Positions 13,601 through 25,700 of a stretch of DNA of 64,000 nucleotides are shown here, piece after piece. Source of the stretch: Camelus ferus (Eukaryota); the NCBI RefSeq assembly GCF_009834535.1, contig NC_045697.1, forward strand, positions 119,476,001 to 119,540,000, written 5' to 3'. Position 1 is the stretch's first letter, and every line of letters begins with the position of its first letter. The notes below the pieces were generated by a model. It was not told the origin of the DNA, searched no databases, and worked only from the letters and a program-made list of their open reading frames with translations. The position numbers were made by a program, and so were the translations under genes.

Positions 13601-16600
13601 GTGTAAAAGTTTCTCCTGCAACCCGTTCCATTTGTGCTAGATGAACGAACGTCTCTCCACATGCTCAGTTCTGAGAGATAAGTGTTTGTGAAAGCCGTCC
13701 TTCACCTAGCTTTTTGGGAACACAAAGTTTCTTTCCAGATGCAAACTAGACTCCATACATATATGTGGTTAGGTTCTGGCTCCAACTCACCTTTACAGTG
13801 TAAACTGCAGGAACTTCAAACCGGCACTTGGAAACAGACTGAGAAACCAGAGTAAAAGTTACTCCTGCAAAAATTTCCATTTGTGCTAGATGAACGAACG
13901 TCTCTCCACATGTTCAGTTCTGAGAGATAAGTGTGTGTGAAAGCCGTCCTTCACCTAGCTTGTTGAGAACACAAAGATTCTTTTCAGTTGCTATCTCCAC
14001 TACATATATATATATGGGGAGGTACTAGCTCCAACACTGTTTTACAGTGAAAACTGCAGGACATTCAAACCGGCACTAGGAAACAGACTGAGAAACCAGA
14101 GTAAAAGTTTCTCCTGCAACACGTTCCACTGTGCTAGATGAACGAACGTCTCTCCACATGCTCAGTTCTGAGAGATAAGTGAGGGTGAAAGCCGTCATTC
14201 ACAAGCTTGTTAGGAAGACAAAGATTCTTTTCAGTTGCAAAGCCACAACATACATATATAAGGGGAGGTACTAGATCCAACACAGTTTTACAGTGAAAAA
14301 TACAGGAACTTCAATCCGGCACTAGGAAACAGACTTAGAAACCAGAGTAAAAGTTTCTCCTGCAAACTTTTCCCTTTGTGCTAGATGAAATAACGTCTCT
14401 CCACATGATCATGTATGAGAGATAATTGTGTGTGAAAGCCGTCCTTCACCTATCTTGTTGGGAACTCAAAGTTTCTTTTCAGTTGCAAACTCCACTCCAT
14501 ATATATATATGGGGAGGCACTAGCTCCAACTCGGTTTTACAGTGAAAACTGCAGGAACTTCTAACCGGCACTAGGAACCAGACTGAGAAACCAGAGTAAA
14601 AGTTGCTCCTGCAACCCGATCATTTTGTGCGAGATGAACGAAATTCTCTCCACATGCACTTTTATGAAACATAATTGTGAGGGAAATCCGTCCTTCACCT
14701 AGCTTGTTGGGAACACAAAGAATCTTTTCATTTGCAAACTCCACTCCATACATATATATGGGGAAGTACTAGCTCCCAATCGGGTTTAAAGTGAAAACTG
14801 CAGGAAATTCAAACTGTAACAATGAAACAGACTGAGAAAACAGAGCAAAAGTTTATACAGCCACCATTTCCCTTTGTGATACATGAACGAAATTCTTTCC
14901 ACATTCTCAGTTCTGAGAGATAACTGTGTGTGAAAGCCGTACTTTACCTAGCTTGTTGGGAACACATAGTTCCTTTTCAGGTGCAAACTACACTCCATAC
15001 ATATATATGGGGAGGTACAATCTCCACCTCTATTTTACAGTGAAAACTGCAGGAAATTCAAATGGAATCTAGGTAAAATACTGAGAAATCAGAGTAAGAG
15101 TTTCTCCTGCAAACCGTTCCGTTTTTGCAAGATGAACGAAAGTCTCACCCCATGCTCATTTCTGAGAGATAAGTGTGTGTGAAAGCCGTCTTTCCCCTGG
15201 CTTGTTGGGAACACAAAGTATATTTTAAGTTGCAAATTTCACTCCATAAATATATATGGGGAGGTACTAGCTCAAACTAGGTTTTACATTGAAAACTGTA
15301 GACACTTCAAACCAGTACTATGAAAAATACTGAGAAACCAGAATTAAAGTTTCTACTGGAACACGTTCCCTTTTTGCTAGATGAACGAACGTCTCTCCAC
15401 ATGCTCAGTTCTGAGAGTTAAGTGTGTTTGAAAGCCGTCCTTCATATAGCTTGTTGGGAACACAAAGTTTCTTTTCAGGTCCAAACCCCACTCCATACAT
15501 TTATATAGGGAGGTAAAACTCCAACTCGGTTTTACAGTGAAAACTGCAGGAAGTTCAAACCGGCACTAGGAAACAGACTGAGAGACCAGTGTAAAAGTTT
15601 CTCCTGCAACCCGTTCCATTTGTGCTAGATGAACGAACGTCTCTCCACATGCTCAGTTCTGAGAGATAAGTGTTTGTGAAAGCCGTCCTTCACCTAGCTT
15701 TTTGGGAACACAAAGTTTCTTTCCAGATGCAAACTAGACTCCATACATATATGTGGTTAGGTTCTGGCTCCAACTCACCTTTACAGTGTAAACTGCAGGA
15801 ACTTCAAACCGGCACTTGGAAACAGACTGAGAAACCAGAGTAAAAGTTACTCCTGCAAAAATTTCCATTTGTGCTAGATGAACGAACGTCTCTCCACATG
15901 TTCAGTTCTGAGAGATAAGTGTGTGTGAAAGCCGTCCTTCACCTAGCTTGTTGAGAACACAAAGATTCTTTTCAGTTGCTATCTCCACTACATATATATA
16001 TATGGGGAGGTACTAGCTCCAACACTGTTTTACAGTGAAAACTGCAGGACATTCAAACCGGCACTAGGAAACAGACTGAGAAACCAGAGTAAAAGTTTCT
16101 CCTGCAACACGTTCCACTGTGCTAGATGAACGAACGTCTCTCCACATGCTCAGTTCTGAGAGATAAGTGAGGGTGAAAGCCGTCATTCACAAGCTTGTTA
16201 GGAAGACAAAGATTCTTTTCAGTTGCAAAGCCACAACATACATATATAAGGGGAGGTACTAGATCCAACACAGTTTTACAGTGAAAAATACAGGAACTTC
16301 AATCCGGCACTAGGAAACAGACTTAGAAACCAGAGTAAAAGTTTCTCCTGCAAACTTTTCCCTTTGTGCTAGATGAAATAACGTCTCTCCACATGATCAT
16401 GTATGAGAGATAATTGTGTGTGAAAGCCGTCCTTCACCTATCTTGTTGGGAACTCAAAGTTTCTTTTCAGTTGCAAACTCCACTCCATATATATATATGG
16501 GGAGGCACTAGCTCCAACTCGGTTTTACAGTGAAAACTGCAGGAACTTCTATCCGGCACTAGGAACCAGACTGAGAAACCAGAGTAAAAGTTGCTCCTGC

Positions 16601-16718
16601 AACCCGATCATTTTGTGCGAGATGAACGAAATTCTCTCCACATGCACTTTTATGAAATATAATTGTGAGGGAAATCCGTCCTTCACCTAGCTTGTTGGGA
16701 ACACAAAGAATCTTTTCA
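10620..16718 (+). repeat. SatA 8-mer higher-order repeat, 1988-bp unit, ~3.07 near-identical copies
   Basis: The same ORF recurs at 12583, 14571 and 16559 (period 1988 = 8 x 248.5). Only a handful of SNPs separate the copies. Confidence 0.95.
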
Positions 16719-19700
16719 GTTGCAAAATCCACTCCATACATATATATGGGGAGGTACTAGCTCCAAATCAATTTTTCAGTGAAAAATGCAGGAACTTGAA
16801 ACCGGCACTAGGAAACATACTGAGAAACCACAGTAAAAGTTTCCCGTGCAACCCGTTCACTTTGTGCTAGATGAATGAACGTCTCTCCACCTGCTCAGTT
16901 CTGAGATATAAGTGAGTGTGGAAGCCTTCCTTCAATTACCTTGTTGGGATCACGAAATTTCTTTACACTTGCAAACTCCACTCCATACATATATATGGGG
17001 AGGTATGGGCTCCAACTCGATTTTACAGTGAAAACTGCAGGAACTTCAAACAGGCCCTTGGAAACAGAATGAGAAACCAGAGAAAAATTTCTCCTGCAAA
17101 CCGTTCCCTTTGTGGTAGATGAACGAAAGTCTCTCCACATGCTCAGTTTTGAGAGATAATTGTTTTTTAAAGCCGTTCTTCACCTTGGTTGTTGGGAACA
17201 CAAAGTTTCTTTTCAGTTGCAAACACCACTCCATACATATATATGGGGAGGTACTAGCTCCATCTCGGTTTTACAGTGAAAACTGCAGGAACTTCAACCC
17301 GGCACTAGGAACCAGACTGAGAAACCAGAGTAAAAGTTTCTCCTGCAACCCGTTCCCTTGGTGCTAGATGAAGGAACGTCTCTCCTCATGCTCAGTTCTG
17401 AGAGATAAGTGTGTGTGAAAGCCGTCCTTCACCTAGCTTGTTGTGAACACAAAGTTTCTTTTCAGTTGCAAACTACAATCCATACATATTCATGATGAGG
17501 GACTAGCACCAACTCTAATTTACAGTGAAATTTGCAGGAAAATCAAACCGGCACTTTGAAACAGACTGAGAAACCAGGGTAAAAATTTACCCTGCAACCC
17601 GTTCCCTTTATGCTAGATGAACGAAAGTCTCTCCACATTCTCAGGCCTGAGAGATAACTGTGTGTGAATGAGGTCCTTCACCTAGCTTTTTGGGAAAACA
17701 AAGTATCTTTCCCTTTGCAATCAACACTCCTTATACATATACAGGGACAAACAAACTCTAACTCGGATGTAAAGTGAAAACTGCACGAAATTCAAATCTG
17801 CACTAGGAATCATACTGAGAAATCAGAGTAAAAATTTCTCCGGCAACCCGCTCCATTTGTACTAGATGAATGAACGTCTCTACACATGGTCACTTCTGAG
17901 AGATATGAGTGCGTAAAAGCCGTCCTTTATCTAGATTGTTGGAAAGAAAAAGTTTCTTTTTAGTGGCAAATTACACTCCATACATATATATGGGGACGTA
18001 GTAAATCCAAATCTGTTTTAAAGTGAAAAATGCAAGAAGTTCTTATCGGCACTAGGAAACAGACTGAGAAACCAGAGTAAAATTTCAACTGCAACCCGTT
18101 CCCTTTGTGCTTGATGAACAAATGTCTCTCCCCATGCTGAATTCTGAGATATCAGTTTGTGTGTAAGCAGTCCTTCAACTACATTGTTGGGAACACAAAT
18201 TTTCTTTTCAGATGCAAACTACACTCTATACATATATATGGGGAAGTACTAGCTCCAACACGGTTTTACAGAGAACACTGCAGAAACTTCAAACCGGCAC
18301 TAGGAAAAAGACTGAGAAACCATAGTAAAAGTTTCCACTGCAACTCGTTCCTTTTGTGCTAGATGAACAAACGTCTCTCCACATGCTCAGGTCTGAGAGA
18401 TAAGTGTGTATGAAAGCCGTCCTTCAACTAGCTTGTTGGGAACACAAAGTTTCTTTTCAGTTGCAAACTACACTCCATAAATATGTATGTGGATGTACTA
18501 TTTCCAACTCGGTTTTAAAGTGAAAATTGCAAGAACTTCAAACCAGCACTAGGAAACAGACTGAGAAACCAGATTAAAATTTTTTTTTCATTTTGTTCCA
18601 TTTGTGCTAGATGAACGAATGTATCTCCCCATGCTCTATTCTGAGAGATACGTGTGTGTGAAAGCCATACTTCACCTAGCTTGTTGGGAACACAAAGATT
18701 CTTTTCAGTTGCAAACTACATTCCACACATATATATGGGGAGGTACTAGCACCAAATTTGTTTTACAGTGAATACTGCAGGATCTTCAAACCAGCACTAG
18801 GTAAAAGACTGAGAATCCAGAGTAAAATTTTCTCATGAAATCTGCTCCATTTGTGCTAGATGAAAGAACGTCTCTCCACATGTTCATTTCTGAGATAACT
18901 GTGTGTGTAAGCCGTCCTTCACCTAGCTTGTAGGAACACATAATTTCTTTTGAGATGATAAAATACACTGCTTAAATATATATTTGGAAGTACTAGCTCC
19001 AACTCGAATTTACAGTGAAAATTGCAGGAACTTCAAACCAACACTATGAAACAGACTGAGAAACCAAAGTTATTTTACACTGCAAATCATTCCCTTTTTG
19101 CTAGGTGAATGAGCGTCTTTCAACATGCTAAGGAGTTAGAGATAACTGCGTGTGAAAGAGGTCCTTACCTTGATTGTTGTGAAATAAAGTATCTTTTCAG
19201 TTGCAAACAACACTCCATATATATATATAGGGACGAACAAGCTCCATCTCGGTTTTAAATTTAAAACTGCAGGAAATTCATACCGGCACTAGGAAACAGA
19301 CTGAGAAATCATAGAATAAGTTTCTCTGGCAACCCGTTCCGTTTGTTCTAGATGTACAAACGTCTCTCCACATGATAACTTCTGAGAGATAAGAGTGTGT
19401 GAAAGCCGTCCTTTATCTAGCTTGTTGGAAAGCAAAAGTTATTTTCAGTTGCAAAATACACTCCATACATATATACGGGGAGGTAGTATCTCCAAATATT
19501 TTTAGTGTGAAAAATGCAAGAAATTCATATCGGCACTAGGAAACAGACTGAGAAACCAGAGTAAAATTTCTCCTGCAAACGGTTCCCTTTTTGCTAGATG
19601 AACGAACGTCTCCCCCATGCTGAATTCTGAGATATAAGTGTGTGTTTAAGCCGTCTTTCAACTAACTTGTTGGGAACACAAAGTTTCTTTTCAGTTGCAA

Positions 19701-22660
19701 ACTACACTCCATAAATATATATGGGAGTTAGTAGCTCCAACTATGTTTACAGTGAAAACTGCAGGAACTTCTAACTGGCACAAGGAAACAGACTGTGAAA
19801 ACAGAGTAAAATTTTTCCCAAAACCCGTTCACTTAGTGCTAGATGAACGAACGTCTCTCCACATGCTCAGTTCTGAGAGATAATTGTGTGTGAAAGTCAT
19901 CCTTCACCTCTCTTGTTGGGAACAAAATGTTTCTTTTAAGTTGCAGACTACACCCCATACATATATATGGGGAGGTACTAGCTCCAACACGGTTTTACAG
20001 TGAAAACTGCAGGAAATTCAAACAAGAACTAGAAACCTGACTGAGAAACAAGAGTAAAAGTTTCTCCTGCAAACCGTTCCTTTGTGCTTGATGAACGAAA
20101 TTCTCTCCCCATGTTCTGGTCTGAGAGATATGTGTGTGTGAAAGCCGTACTTCACATCCCTTGTAGGGTACCCAATATTTCTTTTCAGTTGCAAATTACA
20201 CTCCATACATATATATGGGTAGTTAATAGTTCTAACTCGGTTTTACAGTGAAAACTGCAGGACATCAAACCGGCACTAAGAAACAGACTGAGAAACCAGA
20301 GAACAAGTTTCACCTGCAACCCATTCTCTTTGTGCTACATGAACGAAATATTCTCCCCGTGCTTAGTTCTGAGAGATATATGTGTGTGAAAGCCTTCCTT
20401 CAACTATCTTGTTTGGAAAACACTGTTTCTTTAATTTGCAAACTACACTCAATACATATATATGGGGAGGTATTAGCTCCAACTCGGATTTACAGTGAAA
20501 ACTGCAGGAAATTCAAATCGGCCCTAGGAAACAGACTGAGAAACTAGAGTAAATGTTTCTCATGCAACCCGTTCCCTTTGTGCTTGATGGAAGAATATCT
20601 CTCCCCATGCTCGGTTCTGAGAGATATATTTGTGTAAAGCCGTCCTTCACCTAGCTTGTTGGGAACACAAAGTTTATTTTCAGTTGCAAACAATACTCCA
20701 TATATATCTATGGGTTTGTACTAGATCCAACTCGGGTTTAGAGTGAAAACTGCTGGAATTACAAACCGGCACTTGGAAACAAACTGAGATACCAGAGTTG
20801 AAGTTTCTCCTGTAAACCGTTCCCTTTGTGCTTGATGAACGAACGTCTCTCCCCGTGCTCAGTTCTGAGAGATATGTGTGTGTGAAAGCCGTCCTTTAAC
20901 TGGCTTGTTGGGAACAAATATTGTTTTTAGTTGCTATCAACACTCCATACATTTTTATGGGGAAGTATTATATCCAACTCGGTTTTACAGTGAAAACTTC
21001 AGGAAAATCAAACCGGCACTAGGAGACAGACTGATAAACCAGAGTAAAAGTTTCCCATGCAAACCTTTCCATTTGTGCAAGATGAACGAAATTCTCTCCC
21101 CATGCTCAGTTCTGAGAGATAACTCTGTGTGAAAGCCGTTCTTCACCTATCTTGTTGGGAACACAAAGTTTCTTTTAAGTTGTATTCTACAATCCATACA
21201 TATATATGGGGAGGAACTAGCACCAACTCGAATTTACAGTGAAACCTGCAGGAACTTCCAACCGGCACTAGGAACCAGACTGAGAAACCAGAGTAAAAGT
21301 TTCTCCTGCAAACCTTTCCCTTTGTGCAATATGAACGAACTTCTCTCCCCATGTTCAATTATGAGAGATAAGTTTCTGTGAATTCCGTCCTTCACCTAGC
21401 TTGTTGGGAACACAAAGTTTCTTTTCAGTTGCCAAATGCACTCCATACATATTTATGGGGGTGTACTAGCTCCAAATCTGTTTTATAGTGAAAATTGCAG
21501 GAAATTCAAACCAGCACTAAGAAACAGACTGAGAAACCATAGTAAAATTATTTCCTGCAACCAGTTCTTTGTGCTTAATGAACGAACTTCTCTCCACATG
21601 CTCAGGTCTGAGAGATAAATGTGTGTGAAAGCCGTCCTTCACCTAGCTTTTTGGGAACACAAAGTTTCTTTTCAGTTGCAAATTTCAATCCAAACATATA
21701 TATAGGGAAGTACTAGTTCCAACTCGGATTTACAGGGAAAACTGCTGGAACTTCAAACCGGCACTAGGAAACAGACTGAGAAACTAGAATAAATGTTTCT
21801 CCTGCAACCCATTCCCATTGAGCTAGATGAACGAACGTGTATCCGCTTGCTTAGTTCTGAGAGGAATGTGTGTGTGAAAGACATACTTAAACTAGTTCGT
21901 AGGGAACACAAAGTTTCTTTTCAGTTGTAAACTACACTCCTCACATATATATGGGGAAGTACTAAGTCCAAATCGGTTTTACATTGAAAACTGCAGGAAC
22001 GTCACCAGGCAATTAGAAACAGACTGAGAAACCAGAGTAAAAATATACCCTGCAAACCGCTCCCTTTCTGCTAGATGAATGAAAGTCTCCCCACATGCTC
22101 AGTTCCGAGAGATATGATTGTGTGAATGCCGTCCTTCAACTAGCTTGTTGGGAACAGAAAGTTTATTTTCAGTTGCAAACTACTATCCGTAGATATATAT
22201 GGGGCGGGACTAGCACCACCTCGATTTTACAGTGAAAACTGCAGGAACTTCAAACCGGCACTAGGAAACAAAATGAGAAACCAGAGAAAAAGTTTCTCCT
22301 GCAACTCGTTCCCTTTGTGTTAGATGAACGAACGTCGCCCCACATGTTCAGTTCTGAGAGATATATGTATGTGTAAGCAGTTCTTCACCTTTCTTGTTTG
22401 GAACACAAAGTTTCTTTCCAGTTGCAAACCCCAATCCATAAATATATATGGGTAGGTATAAGATCCAACTCGAATTTACAGTGAAAATTGCAGGAACTTC
22501 AAACAGGCACTATGAAACAGTCAGAGAAACCAGGGTAAATTTACACTGCAACCTATTCCCTTTGTGCTAGGTGAACGAACGTCTCTCCACATGCTCAGGA
22601 GTGAGAGATAACTGTGTGTGAAAGAGGACCTTCATCTAGCTTGGTTGGGAAACAACTAAC
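16719..22660 (+). repeat. Divergent, mostly monomeric SatA zone (~24 monomers)
   Basis: The 248-bp periodicity persists, but monomers carry many private mutations and do not match the HOR variant series of 1-16718. Confidence 0.85.
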
Positions 22661-22760
22661 NNNNNNNNNNNNNNNNNNNNNNNNNNNNNNNNNNNNNNNN
22701 NNNNNNNNNNNNNNNNNNNNNNNNNNNNNNNNNNNNNNNNNNNNNNNNNNNNNNNNNNNN
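22661..22760. other. Assembly gap (100 N)
   Basis: Run of exactly 100 N, typical of an unknown-size scaffolding gap. Confidence 0.99.
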
Positions 22761-25700
22761 ATGGAGTGGAGTTGGCCAATGAAAAGAAACTTTGTGTTCC
22801 CAACAAGCTAGGTGAAGGACGGATTTCACTCACAATTATATTCATAACAGTGCATGTGAGGAGAATTTCGTTCATCTCGCCACAAATGGATCAGGTTGCA
22901 GGAGAAATTTTTACTCTGGGTCTCAGTCTGTTTACATGTGCCGGTTTGGAATTCCCTCATTTTTCACGGTAAAACTGAATTGGATCTCTTACCTCCCCAG
23001 ATGATATGTATGGAATTAATTTGCAACTGAACAGAAACTTTCTGTTCCCAACAAGCTATGTGAAGGACGGTTTCACACTCTCTTATCTCTCAGAACTGAG
23101 CATGGGGGAACGACTTTCGTTCATCTAGCACAAAGGAAAATGTCTTGCAGGGGAAAATTTACTGTGGTTTCTCAGTCTGTTTCCTAGAGTTGTTTTTAAA
23201 TTTCCTGCATTTTTCACTGTAAAATCTGTTGGAGATAGTACCTACCCATATAAATGTATGGATTTTAGTTTGCAATTGAAAAGTATCTTTGTTTTCCCAA
23301 CAGGCTAGTTGAACTACGGCTTTCACACAACATATATCTCTCAGACATGAGCATGGGGAGAGAAGTTCGTTTATCTAACAGAAATGGAACTGGTTGCAGA
23401 GAAACTATTACTATGATTTCTCAGTCTGTTTCCTAGTTGGGGATGGATTTTCCTGCAGTTTTCACTGTAAAACAGATTTGGAGCTGGTTCCTCCCCATAT
23501 ATATGTATGGACAGAATTTTGTAACCGAAAAGAAACTTTTGTTCCCAACAAGCTAGGTAAAGGACGTCTTTCACACACACTATCTCTCAGAAATGAGCAT
23601 GGTGAGAGACGTTCATTCATCTAGCACAAAAGGAACGGTATGCAGGGAAAACTTTTACTCTGGATTTTAAGTTTATTTCCTTATGCCGGTTGAATTTCCT
23701 GCAGTTTTTTCAGTAAAAACGAGTTGGATGTAGTACCTCCCCTAATATATGAATGGAGTGTAGTTTGCAACTAAAAAGAATCTTTGTGTTTCCAACAAGC
23801 TATGTGAAGGCTGCTTTCACACACAATTTTCGCACAGAACTGAGCATGGGGAGAGACATTCGTTCATCTTGTACAAAGGGAACCGGTAGCAGGAGAAACT
23901 TTCACTCTGGTTTCTCATTCTGTTTCCAAGTGCCAGTTTGAAGTTCCTGCAGTTTCACCGTAAAACAGAGTTGGAGCTAGGACCTCCCCATATATATGTA
24001 TGGATTGGAGTTTGCACATGGAAAGAAACTTTGTGTTCCCAACAAGTTAAGTGAAGGACGGCTTTCACACCACTTACCTCTCAGAACTGAGCATGAGGAG
24101 AGACGTTCTTTCATCTAGCACAAAGGGAACGGTTTGAAGAAGTAATTTTTACACTGGTTTATCAGTCTGTATCCTAGTGCCGGGTTGAAGTTCCTGCAGT
24201 TTTCACTGTAAACCCGAGGTGGGGTTTGTACCTCCCCGTATATATGAATGGAGTGGAGTTTGCAACTGAAAAGAACGTATTTGTTCCCAATATTCTAGGT
24301 AAAGGACGTCTTTCAAACACCATTATCTCTCTGAACTGAGCACGTGGAGAGACGTTTGTTCATCTAGCACAAAGGGAACAGGTGGCAGGAGAAACTTTTA
24401 CTCTGGTTTCTCAGTCTGTTCCTAGTGCCGGTTTGAAGTTCCTGCAGTTTTCACTGTAAAACTGAGTTGGAGTATTACCTCCCTATATATATGTATGGAG
24501 TGGGTTTGCACATGAAAGAAACTTAGTTTTCCCAACAATCTATGTGAAGGACGGCATTCACACACACTTAACTCTCAGAAATGAGCATGTGGAGAGACGT
24601 ACGTTCATCTAGCACCAAGGGAACGGGGTGCAGGATAAACAATTACTCTAGTTTCACAGTCTTTTTCCAAGTGGAAGTTTGAAGTTCCTACAGTTTTCAT
24701 TGTAAAAACGAGTTGGATCTAGTACCTCCCTATATATATGTATGGAGTGGATTTTGCACCCGAAAGGAAACTTTGTGTTCCCAGCAAGCTAGGTGAAGTA
24801 CGGCTTTCACACACACTTATCTCTCAGAACTGAGCATTTGGAGAGAATTTCGTTCAACTAACACAAAGCAAACGGGTTCCAGAAGAAACTATTACTCTGG
24901 TTTCTCAGACTGTTTCCTATTGCCAGTTTGAAGCTCCTGCAGTTTTCACTGTAAAACCGAGTTGGAGCTAGTGCCTCCCCATATATATGTATGGAGTGGA
25001 GTTTGCAACTGAAAAGAAACTTTGAGTACCCAACAAGATATGTGAAGGACGGCTTTCACACACAAAATTATCTCTCATATATGAGCATGTGGAGAGACGT
25101 TCGTTCATCTAGCACAAAGGTAAATGTTGCAGGAGAAACTTTTACTCTGGTTTCTAAGTCTGTTTCCTAGTGCTGGATTGAAGTTCCTGTATTTTTCACT
25201 GTAAAACTGTGTTGGATCTAGTACCTCCCGTTATATATGTATGGTGTGGGTTTGCAACTGAAAAGAATCTTTTTCTTCCTAACAAGCTTGTGAATGACGG
25301 CTTTCACACTCACTTATCTCTCAGAACTGAGCATGTGGAGAGTCGTTCATTCATCTAGCACAATGGAACGTGTTGAAGGAGAAATTTTTACTCTGGTATC
25401 TCAGTCTGTTTCCTACTGCTGGTTTGAAGTTCCTGCAGTTTACACTGTAAAAGTGAGTTGGAGCCAGTACCTAACCATATATATGTATGGAGTCTAGTTT
25501 GCATCTGGAAAGAAACTTTGTGTTCCCAAAAAGCTAGGTGAAGGACGGCTTTCACTAAAACTTATCTCTCAGAACTGAGCATGTGGAGAGACGTTCGTTC
25601 ATCTAGCACAAATGGAACGGGTTGCAGGAGAAAATTTTACACTGGCTTCTCAGTCTGTTTCCTAGTGCCGGTGTGCACATCCTGCAATTTTCACTGTAAA

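Larger units (their letters stand above)
1..22660 (+). repeat. SatA tandem satellite array, ~248-bp monomer (~91 monomers), forward orientation
   Basis: The motif gctagatgaa recurs at 1, 248, 497, 745, 992, 1241 and onward. Approximate consensus: gctagatgaacgaacgtctctccacatgctcagttctgagagataagtgtgtgtgaaagccgtccttcacctagcttgttgggaacacaaagtttcttttcagttgcaaactacactccatacatatatatggggaggtactagctccaactcggttttacagtgaaaactgcaggaacttcaaaccggcactaggaaacagactgagaaaccagagtaaaagtttctcctgcaacccgttccctttgt. Confidence 0.97.
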
